A stretch of DNA of 64,000 bases from Macrostomum lignano (taxonomy: Eukaryota): contig NIVC01001334.1 in assembly GCA_002269645.1 (NCBI GenBank), positions 124,001-188,000 of the forward strand, written 5' to 3'. The notes under the pieces are model-generated. The model had not been told where the DNA came from and did no database searches. It saw only the letters and a program-made list of their open reading frames with translations. Positions 54,044-64,000 of the stretch are shown piece by piece. Numbering within the stretch: position 1 is the stretch's first letter; every line of letters starts with the position of its first letter. Made by a program: the position numbers and the translations under genes.

Positions 54044-56292
54044 CTACTGTTGTTGTTGTTGCTGCTGCTGTTGCTGCTGCTGCGGTCGTTGTTGATCTAC
54101 ACCCCGTTGCATAAGCATGTCATCAACTCGACTCGGGCCCATCCAGTAGTAATCGTCGTTCAGAACCTCTCCCTGCTTCGGCTCCGGCTCAGCTTCCTTA
54201 GCCTCCTTTGATTTCTCAGCTGCCGGGCCCAGTGACATCGGTACGTAGTTGCCGCACTCCTCGGGCGCTCCAGCCTCCACTAACGACTGCAGCTCCGTGC
54301 TAAACTCCCCATATCGAGCAAGAGCCTCTTCAACGGTCTTTGGTGTTGGTACCTGACCATTCAATCGATAGGCGCTTCGGTTACCATATGAACCAGTCCG
54401 AGATCGAAAACCCAGGCGGTAGCGCGAAGCGTCGCTTCGCGTCCGCGGCCGGCCGAAGCTCATCTCGACGAAAACCTGCCGATCCTCGCGATGACCAGCA
54501 GTTTGCGATGGCTCGCCGTAATAGGAGGACGGCACCGAGTAGGAGGAGGGCAGGTAGCTGCCAGGACGGGTTGCTTGCGGACGGTCTCCGATGCTGTTGG
54601 CTCTGGAGCCCAGTAATGGCGAAGCGGTGCCCTGACATGCCTGCAGGTTGTTGAAGTGCCAAGAAGCAACGCGTGCAGCGGCACAGTAGTCATCGCTACC
54701 AGACTGAGGGCTGCGTCGACCAGTTTGCTGGGCGTCTGCCAAAGATAGAAAAAGGAATTGTAATTCTCATTCGCTTCGGCTGATCGATCTACGCTTTCAT
54801 GCTTTACTATGACTACTTGAGCAGCCGGGGCCAATCATGCGATGTAACTTAGTTTAAATAGACAAATGGAGTTTTCCACGAACCATTCAACAAATTAACT
54901 TCTTGGACAGTGCTATTTTCTTTCGAAGAAAGTATTTTACACAATAATAGTGTAGAATTACCTGCTGCTGAAGAGGCACTGTCAGGCTCTCCCGCCTGTT
55001 CACTTTTGCCAGAGAGCGAGCTGTAAGAATTCAGCGACTGGTTGTTCTGCGCCTGCGACCGGGACGCTTCCTGCGTTAGGTCCCTGCTGAGGTCGCAGTA
55101 ATCGTCGAAATTGTCGCCGAGCGGCTGGCTGTGTGTCCGCTGGCCGTCAGACAGGCTCCCGCCCAGCCTGCCGTAGGTTCTCTCAGAGAATGTGCTGCAG
55201 AAGTACAGGGCGATGATCTTTGAGTTAAATAAATACATATGTATGCTTATCTTCTGATTGTACGAGTGTTAAAGTAGGACTCACCTGATCGATTTGGATT
55301 CGTGTTGACTAGCGTACCTCATGCTGCTTCCCCGCCGCACAATGGTCTGCAGCGAGTCCGAGTGCTGGACTGGGAGGTCGGTGCTGCCCCTTGAGTTGCG
55401 GCGAGCACGCCGGTTTTTTGGCTTCCCACCATCTGGCGGTGCTTGTCCCTTGTGGTCAGTGAGGCAGCGGAACAGCGCATCTGTCAGTTCCTTCTGCATG
55501 CTGCTGTGCTCCACCTGTCAGTCGAGGCCGTAGTGGAGAAAATAATTTTTTTTGGCTCCAGCAAGTCTAAAAAGACTTTTTTCTAGCAACCAAACTCATT
55601 CAGCTTACCTTGAAGCGAAGCTCGCCGTCTCCCAGAGGGCTCAGCCGACCAAGATTGATCTCGAAGGTAGTGGAACTGTTGACTACATGGCCGATGCCGC
55701 GGATGCACGGGTAGGGCAGGCAGAGCTCGGGATTAAGAAGGTTCTCCTTCACGAGGAGCACAGCGGACTGCGTGAGGCAAAATCTGTACTGACCCGGTAA
55801 GTCGGGCTTGCCGTGTTTTTCCACAGCCGAGGCGAGTTTCACGGGTTTGAGGGTGACGCTGTAGCAGCTGAGCAGCTCCGGCCAGCGACAGTTGCGCTTC
55901 ACGTTGTAGATTTCGCTCAGATGGAAATACCAGCGATTCAGTTCATCCTCAGAAGAGAATTTCAGAAATAGTGCGTCCTCCTGAAAGCAGACGCCTAGCA
56001 CGGTGTTGTTCTTTCCCTTAGTGCATCGGGACAGCAGGATCACGCCACTCAAGTTGTAGAAATGCTTCGGTTCGTTTTTCTGGTAGCTCTTCTCGTTTTT
56101 AAACATGTAGAGATAGTAGTCCACCAGCGCCTTGCCACCCTGGAAATCCCAGGGAGAGGCCTTGGGCACCGACTTAAGCACAAAGAAGCGCTCCTTACCG
56201 GTCCGCAGGACGCGAATGTAGCCGAATGCGATGATGCTTTCGCCCGGAACGCTGCTGCCCAGAGAACCGTTGCTGCGCTGGCTGTCCGGCAT
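54044..56292 (-). CDS. IRS: Insulin receptor substrate-like adaptor (PH + IRS-type PTB + YxxM tail)
   Basis: Exons 56292-55609, 55514-55285, 55194-54962, 54735-54044 are phase-consistent. PH (GYIRVL..ERFFVL, ELNRWY), PTB (GQYRFCLT, IRGIGH, FEINLGRLSPLGDGEL), tail motifs YVPM and YYWM, poly-Q end. Confidence 0.9.
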
Positions 56293-58199
56293 TTCCGCTG
56301 TGCTTTGCTCCTTTAGCTTCAGAGACTGTTCAAAAGGCTTTGATACCTATGCCGCAGGTGTTTAAATAAAGGAGTAAGCCGGCTTTGTTTTGCTTTTCTG
56401 CTTTTAAAACACCACGCTTTGCCCGCCTCACACGCCCCGCCTCCGTGTATTTTGAACACAAAAAACACTCGCTCGATGGAGGCCTCCCTAAGCTACTCTC
56501 CTTTTCCTGACCAATGAAATCGCACGTAAACAAAAACTGGTAAATCTTCGCTGCTTTCCACTCTCTGCCTCTCCTGAAAATGCTAGCAGCTAATGGCATA
56601 TCTTGGTCTTGGCGCACTATTATTAGACGAGAAGTGTAAACAAAGTCGGGCTGAGGGCGGTGAGGGCAGGCATTGGGGTTGTGCTTGGAAATTGCAAAGC
56701 CGCGCGGCCCACAGCTTCGGTCGCAGCTCTACCGTTCCTCCCTTCCACGGGGGAGTGAATTAGCTCCGAGGGCGGACTGTACGGCGCAGTGTGGGAGGGC
56801 CGCCGGGGCAGGAGTTTTCCGGGCCACGCGCCCGTCCAGTCATACTGAGGTGCAGTCAGCGTTCGGGCAACTCTACCCAGGACCCACACGTGCTGCCGTA
56901 CACTAAGCCCCTTCCACTGTACACTGGGGGGTCTAGCTGCATCCAAAACGCGCTCAATGCTGTCCCGGCATGCAATCCATTTACCTCTTTCCTTTGAGCC
57001 ACGTCCTCCGTCTGCAGGCGCAGTCACATTGGGTACTAGCGTAGGCAGCGAAAACACTGCATGCACTGACCCCACGCCAGTCACAACAACATCGTCAACC
57101 CCAGGCTTTTGCTAGCGGTTCACACTGGCAGGCTGTTTATCACAGTTTAAACTGTCTCCTATCTTTACTGTTCAGCGCGGAAACAATCGATGACTTAGTC
57201 ATGAATCCAGGGCGATAGCCAGAGCAACGGCACTGTTTTTGTCCAGCTTCTGGGTTATTTTTAGATTCTTCCCGCGGCGCTAAATTTATGGGTGACTGGG
57301 TAATATGGATTGAAAAAGAAAAACTTTCCCCACAGGACAAATGAAGGTTGAAGTTAAAAAGCATCAAAACAAAATCACATCTATTGAGTTAGCAATATAG
57401 TGCCTGAACTATTTTTAGCTCCGGCAGGAGCTGCTGACTCGGATCGGAAACTCGAATGGAGCGGAATGGGAACTCTGGCTGCTATATCTGGGGCTGCTGA
57501 GATTGTATGATGATAATTTTGTTATTGCATCCCGCCCACGCCCCACCAGGTCCGGCAGCACAAATTAGTTTCCTTCTATAGTTTTTTTGGAGGTCATTGT
57601 TCCAACATTCTACTGACGTCATGTTTTCAGCTTATCTTTTCTTTCTCAAGCTAAGAATAGAAACTGGCAGTTTTCTAATCAATCTAAGCAAAAATTCATA
57701 CAGTTCTGAATATTTCTTCAACCCATCTGACAGTTCATTTCATAACGGATTAATAAGCTGCGGCTGAGGGAGCCGTAGAAGTCGTTGTTGGACTGTGTAG
57801 TAGCAAATATGAAAGTAGGATTATGGAAAAGATTAATTGAGATCTGACTGCAGCTGAAGCAGACCGGTTTAGAGAACGCACGCGTTGGGGGCTGCGTAAA
57901 CAAGCCCGATTCGCCCTGACCTCAAACCACGTGGGGTCATGCGACTTTCCAGGCACTAAACATGGACGACTGCAGTTGAAGGACGCCGCATCCAGTTTTC
58001 TTCGAAATGAGCTGGAATCAGGTGGGGAACGCATATTTGTCGTATTGCATTGTCCCACGTTGTAGGCTCATTGTTCAACACTTTGAAATCGTTATTTAAA
58101 GCTACAAAAATACATTGATGAGACAATGTGCCTAGACATATGGTACTGTCTGCCTCTATAACCAAAGAACATGTAAAAATATAGACCTCTTCCATTTCA

Positions 58200-59190
58200 T
58201 TCGATAGGGCGCCTTTTCATATGACTGGGCGCTATTTAATTCGATTGGGCGCCATTTAATTCGATTGGGCGCCATTTCATATTATTGAGCGCCATTTCAT
58301 TCGATTGGGCACCATCTCATATTATTGAGCGCCATTTCATTCGATTGGGCGCCATTTCATATGATTGAGCGCCATTTCATCCAGCTGGACGCGAGTTCAA
58401 ATGATTGAGCGCCATTTCATTCGATTGGGCGCCATTTCATTCGATTGAGCGCCATTTCATTCGATTGGGCGCCATTTCATATGATTGAGCGCCATTTCAT
58501 CCAGCTGGACGCGAGTTCAAATGATTGAGCGCCATTTCATTCGATTGGGCGCCATTTCATTCGATTGAGCGCCATTTCATTCGATTGGGCGCCATTTAAT
58601 TCGATTGGGCGCCATTTAATTCGATTGGGCGCCATTTAATTCGATTTGGCGCCATTTCATATTATTGAGCGCCATTTCATTCGATTGGGCGCCATTTCAT
58701 TTTATTGAGCGCCATTTCATTCGATTGGGCGCCATTTCATATGATTGAGCGCCATTGTCAGCTGGACGCGAGTTAATATGATTGAGCGCCATTTCATTCG
58801 ATTGGGCGCGAGTTCATATGATTGAGCGCCATTTCATTCAGCTGGACGCGAGTTCATATGATTGAGCGCCATTTCATTCAGCTGGACGCGAGTTCATATG
58901 ATTGAGCGCCATTTCATTCGATTGGGCGCCATTTCATTCAATCAGGCGCCATCTCATATAATTGAGTGCCATTTTATTCGACGGGGCGCCATTTTATATG
59001 ATTTGGCGCGATTTCATCGATTGGGCGCCACTTTATATGACTCGGTGCCACTTAATTCGATTGGGCGCCATTTCATTCGGTTAGGTGCCATTTTATATGA
59101 CTGGGCGCCATTTTATATGATTAAGCGCCATTTTATTCAGCTGGACGCCATTTCATATGATTAGGCGCCATTTCATATGACTGGGCGATG
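58200..59190. repeat. Degenerate 20-bp minisatellite (GCGCCATTTCATTCGATTGG) with higher-order blocks
   Basis: About 48 units; recurring CAGCTGGACGCGAGTTCA variant; divergence rises toward the right end. Confidence 0.95.
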
Positions 59191-59852
59191 GGGGGCGGCC
59201 CCTTATGCACGATATGAAGGTAAAAAGTGATAATCGGCATTACATGTAGATGCCGTAATTCCCTGGCCAGGTCTGAACTCAATACCTAATAAACAAGATC
59301 GAAGAGACTTGCTTGGGAATTAAATAGGGATTATTATTCCCAACAGTAGGGAAGAGTCTCTTTGGAAATGATAACAGCTCAATCAAATATTGAGCAGGTG
59401 CGTGAAAAACAGTTCGGTATCAAATTCGACTGGACTATGGGGCAGCTCAAAGCCGGATGTCGGGCTGGAAAGAGATTGCTGCTGTTTTTTTGCTTGGAAA
59501 TTGAGACAGAATGGGGAATAGGGAAATTTCCAGCAATATTGAGTTGGTGAGTGGGACAGATGTTGATGGACAGGTAAGGGGATCTGGCGTTCTTATATTG
59601 TTATATTGCGCTTGCTATTATAATGCACAAAGACAATTTAAAAACAGTCATTTGATATAATTACTTTGTTTAAATAAAACACTTCGGGCTTTAGTATATA
59701 ATAGTCCTATCTTTACTACTAGCAGTAGGAATTTGTTTTAAAGATTCTTTTCAAAAAACTGAGTGGGTAGACGAATTCAGTGGTTGGTCGTTTGTCGAGA
59801 AGGTGAAATATAAATAGTTTTGCATCTCTCAGGAATGGCTGCTTCAAAATTG

Positions 59853-60295
59853 GCCCCTGGTGCTGGCGCCCCTGGTGCTGGTGCCCCTGGTGCTGGTGCC
59901 CCTGGTGCTGGCGCCCCTGGTGCTGGCGCCCCTGGTTCTGGTGCCCCTGGTGCTGGCGCCCCTGGTGCTGGTGCCCCTGGTGCTGGTGCCCCTGGTGCTG
60001 GTGCCCCTGGTGCTGGTGCCCCTGGTGCTGGTGCCCCTGGTGCTGGTGCCCCTGGTGCTGGCGCCCCTGGTGCTGGTGCCCCTGTTGCTGGCGCCCCTGT
60101 TGCTGGCGCCCCTGGTTCTGGCGCCCCTGGTGCTGGCGCCCTTTGGTGCTGGCGCCTCTTGGTGCTAAAGCCCCTGGTGCTGATGCCCCTGGTGCTGGCG
60201 CCCCTGTTGCTGGCGCCCCTGGTTCTGGCGCCTCTGGTTCTGGCGCCTCTGGTGCTGGCGTCCTTTGGTACTGGCGCCTCTTGGTGCTAAAGCCC
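59853..60295. repeat. 15-bp minisatellite (GGCGCCCCTGGTGCT), about 29 copies
   Basis: Direct tandem units; translates as (GAPGA)n. Confidence 0.96.
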
Positions 60296-60928
60296 CTGGT
60301 GAAAAATTAACCTGACTATATACAACGGATGAAAATCTTTTAAAATTTTAATACCAGCAGTCAACTAAAATTGAGTGTAAAGTCCTTCGACTTCAGTGGT
60401 CCATTGTCCATGCTCGTATCTATTGCTAGCCATTTTCGCTACAATCGGATTGAAAGATTGATAAAGTTCCATAGACTACTGCCAGTAGCATAGGAAGGTG
60501 TCATTCAAAATCTGTTGCCTGAGTTTTTTAACTAGCGCATCCACTCTGTTTGAATTCACAGCCCGCCACTAGCGCGGCATCGATAGCATTTTTGACAAAA
60601 AAGTACAGAGCTGAGTTTTCAAAAGAAATTTTCCACTGTTTCCTGGATCTTACGTGGGTGTCTCCTTGATTTTCCTATTCGCTGGATTCAGTAACCATGG
60701 AAACCAAGGTAACGGGGAAAAATATACAAATCATAAAGATTGCAGCAGAGGAGACAAAGGAGAGCTAAGGTGAGAATTCCATGATAAAAGACAGTCGAAG
60801 GGGGTCCCTCTCATCGGAGAGTTCTGCTCCTCAGCTGAGCCGCTACCCATCTTGGCTGACTTATCGAAGCAAATTCGAAGCAAATTACCGGACTGCTGCA
60901 GCCACCTGTTGCTCAGGTTCGCAGCTCG

Positions 60929-62803
60929 ATGCTCTCCGCTTTGCTGACTTGGGCCGCTGTGACGATTGCCGGAGCGCAAGGTAAACCAATTATGCTATTG
61001 AAGAGCTTGTGGACTTACTCGTAGAAAAGTAAATTAATCGTTTGTCTGCCCCTCTGCAGGCTCTGCTCCCGGTCCGTATGTCACCTTCGCTGCTCACCAG
61101 GTGGCGGCGTTCGACGCAGGCGATGCGGCCTCGCCTCCGGTGGCCGTGAAGCTCCCGTGGCGGTGGAATAACACCGATTTCTATGGACAGTTTTACTCAG
61201 ACGGCTACAGTGCTTCGGACTACTTTGTGTTCACTTTTCCCGTGCTGCAAAACATCTGGGGCTACAGCATCGGCAAGGGCTCCGTTGACAGTTACATCTC
61301 GCTCTTCGAATTGGAGTACTCGAGGTACATCCTGTGGGCTTACAGTGCCCCCATTCGGAATCTTCCCGGTGTCACCTCGAACGAAACGGACGTCGATGCA
61401 GCGGAGACGCACAGCTTGCCCTTTTCCATTGCCGCCCGAGTGCTTAGGCTGACTCCGACAGGCTTCGTTGGCAACAAGTCGCTGAAAATTGAGTTCATCG
61501 GAAAGGCTGCGGGTGAGAACAGGCCTCCAGTGATACCTACACTCGTAAGTTTGCTTAATGAGTAGATTTGAAACTAACTGTTCTCCGCAATTGCTGCAGA
61601 TTGCCCGGCCATTTCGAAGTACCGGATCGGTGCAGTGAATATTTCCGAGACAATCTTCAGCGTGAAAAAGAATGAAACTGTAATATTTGACGACGTCTAT
61701 CACGTGACCAAGCTCAACATTAGTGTGAGCGGCTCGAGCTGCAGCTCGGAGCCCGTGCGAGTCAAGCTGCGCTTTCTAACCGCGGATGGTACTCCCGTGG
61801 AGGCGCCTTACGTAAGCTCAGAAATAAAAAAATGCTATGCAACACACTATTGTAGAAAGCGCGAGAAACGCGCGCTTAATTTTTTATTGCAGATGGTTTC
61901 TTTGGAAGAAGGCGATGCGATCACCAGCGATCTGAACGCAACAATCACTGCCGGCCGGTTGAGGGTGCTCATTCTGACCCCGTCGAATTGCACGATTCGG
62001 ATGTCGATTTACGGCTGCGTAGCCGACGGTAAGTGGCTCGATATAGTTCCACTAATATTGCAACCAGTTAAACAAAGTTCTCAACACTTTGGTAAGGGTG
62101 ACGCAATATTCATACTTCTGGCACGCACAGTATACTCCTAGATTCGATTCGGCATTTAATTAACACTATTTGGGTTCCTGAAGGGAATATTAGCTTCGGG
62201 CCTGTGCGATTCACCCTATCGATGACACAATGACACATATTTAAAGTACTGCCTGCCTTACTATGAATGAATTGCATCAGTACCTCCTATTACCTCTAAC
62301 CTATATGACTTACGTTACTATAAATGATGTAAACTATGGCTTCGAAGCAGTTAATCAAATCTGCCTACTACGAATGCCGCACGCGGTTTCAGAGTGCCCG
62401 GGCTCCTCAGTCTACCTGAATGGTCTCTGCTACTATGCAGGCACCGATCGCGCGGGGCCCCGCCACCGCAACATCACCCAGCAGCTCTGCAGCGGCATCG
62501 AGTGGGGCTCGCGCGGTCGCATTTTCACGCCGAACTCCTTCGAAGCGAACATCATGGTGACGCTGGCTTCACTTCAGGATGGAACGGACGATCCTTACAG
62601 CGTGTTTGTCGGTGTGGTCTATGATAACAGTAGCGACTCCTGGGTGCTGGACGGCACGCAGGACAAGCCGGGGTGGATGGCTTGGGACGCCCGAAACCCT
62701 GAATACGGGCACTGGCTCGCCACGAGCATGGCAGGGCTCGAGCTCTGGACCTCGCATCTGTCTGAGGGACATCTTGCAAGCACGCTTTGTGAGACGAAGC
62801 CAG
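60929..62803 (+). CDS. Secreted or cell-surface protein: signal peptide + F5/8 type C domain + second degenerate F5/8C-like domain + C-type lectin domain; continues past the window
   Basis: Exons 60929-60980, 61060-61512, 61600-61811, 61893-62028, 62393-62803 are phase-consistent. F5/8C motifs (YISLFELEYS, HSLPFSIAARVLRLTP, SLKIEFIG; IRMSIYGC) and CTL motifs (CPGSSVYLNGLCYY, VFVGV, W...W....P, LCE). The last exon ends at a phase-1 donor. Confidence 0.85.
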
Positions 62804-62994
62804 GTAAAATGTAGATTAAAGTTTGTTTTAAGCTTTTTTATCTATTGATAGATACGGCCTCTGAAGTTGATTTGGATCAGTAAATTCGCTCATTCGCACA
62901 TCCTCATAACTTTTTGGGAGTCTCCACAGAGCTCGGCAACTCCAGAATTTCCATGCCTTTATGTATTTCTATTCAACACATAGCTTTAATCTAT

Positions 62995-63835
62995 CTGGGG
63001 ATACTTGCTATTTGGGGGATGCTTGCTATCTGGGGGGTGCTTGCTATTTGGGGGATTCTTGCTATCTGGGGGATTCTTGCTATCTGGGGGATTCTTGCTA
63101 TCTGGGGGATTCTTGCTATCTGGGGGATTCTTGCTATCTGGGGGGTGCTTGCTATTTGGGGGATTCTTGCTATCTGGGGGATTCTTGCTATCTGGGGGAT
63201 TCTTGCTATCTGGGGGATTCTTGCTATCTGGGGGATTCTTGCTATCTGGGGGATTCTTGCTATCTGGGGGATTCTTGCTATCTGGGGGATTCTTGCTATT
63301 TGGGGGATTCTTGCTATCTGGGGGATTCTTGCTATCTGGGGGATTCTTGCTATCTGGGGGTGCTTGCTATCTGGGGGATTCTTGCTATCTGGGGGATTCT
63401 TGCTATCTGGGGGATTCTTGCTATCTGGGGGATTCTTGCTATCTGGGGGATTCTTGCTATTTGGGGGATGCTTGCTATCTGGGGGATTCTTGCTATCTGG
63501 GGGATTCTTGCTATCTGGGGGATTCTTGCTATCTGGGGGATTCTTGCTATCTGGGGGATTCTTGCTATCTGGGGGATTCTTGCTATCTGGGTGGATGCTT
63601 GCTATCTGGGGGATTCTAGCTATCTGGGGGATTCTTGCTATCTGGGGGATTCTTGCTATCTGGGGGATTCTTGCTATCTGGGGGATTCTTGCTATCTGGG
63701 AGATGCTTGCTATTTAGGAGGATGCTTGCGGTCTTGGGGATGCTTGCTATTTAGGGGGATGCTTGCTATTTAGGGGGATGCTTGCTATTTAGGGGGATGC
63801 TTGCTATTTAGGGGGATGCTTGCTATTTAGGGGGA
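62995..63835. repeat. 18-bp minisatellite (TCTTGCTATCTGGGGGAT), about 46 copies, intronic
   Basis: Period 18; 6-aa periodic ORFs. Confidence 0.98.
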
Positions 63836-64000
63836 ATGCCTATTATCTTTGTGAAGGCTTTATTCTGTTGTGTCCTTTTGTTACTTTTAGAAAAAAAGAG
63901 ATTCATAGCAAACATCTTTGTCCGTGACAATTTTATTCGAATAAGGTGGTTTATAAAACTGAAGAAGGAATTGATTCTTAAGATAATGTGCTTTTCAATG

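Noticed and set aside
56690-56950. GC-rich structured segment, possible retroelement 5' UTR or ribozyme
   Set aside because: Shares only GCCACGCG with 29920; no complete fold or downstream ORF.
59820-60290. (GAPGA)n elastin/silk-like protein
   Set aside because: Third codon positions are nearly invariant, as in a DNA-level repeat; no signal peptide; the frame decays at the array edge. Transcript evidence could reverse this.
62914-63773. (ILAIWG)n membrane-like ORFs
   Set aside because: 18-bp minisatellite open in all three frames, downstream of a splice donor.

Overview
Eukaryotic (metazoan) genomic DNA with GT-AG introns, GC-rich exons and about 25 tandem-repeat arrays. The style resembles a free-living flatworm such as Macrostomum; that assignment is inference only. 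All gene models were spliced by hand from donor/acceptor motifs and intron phase, and all protein family calls come from recalled motifs, not database searches. Most long ORFs in the supplied track are read-through of minisatellites and are not genes. Supported genes: (1) four small signal-peptide genes at 3.7-13.2 kb, two of which (6229-9198 minus, 11746-13160 plus) are lysine-rich paralogs of a family I do not recognise; (2) an EF-hand protein; (3) a Njmu-R1/C17orf75 homolog; (4) an intronless DEG/ENaC channel; (5) an SLC13 transporter; (6) a collagen XV/XVIII (multiplexin) homolog; (7) an IRS-like adaptor; (8) a secreted F5/8C + C-type lectin protein running off the right end. Mobile DNA: a complete 1.1-kb TRIM-like LTR element (LTRs, PBS, PPT, 4-bp TSD), a deleted RT/RNase H LINE inside a 41-bp minisatellite, RTE fragments, a tRNA/CORE-type SINE and MITEs. 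Best leads are the secreted basic-protein cluster, the TRIM, a 28-bp minisatellite starting at the splice donor of introns in two unrelated genes, and signs of CpG decay confined to repeat-like DNA.
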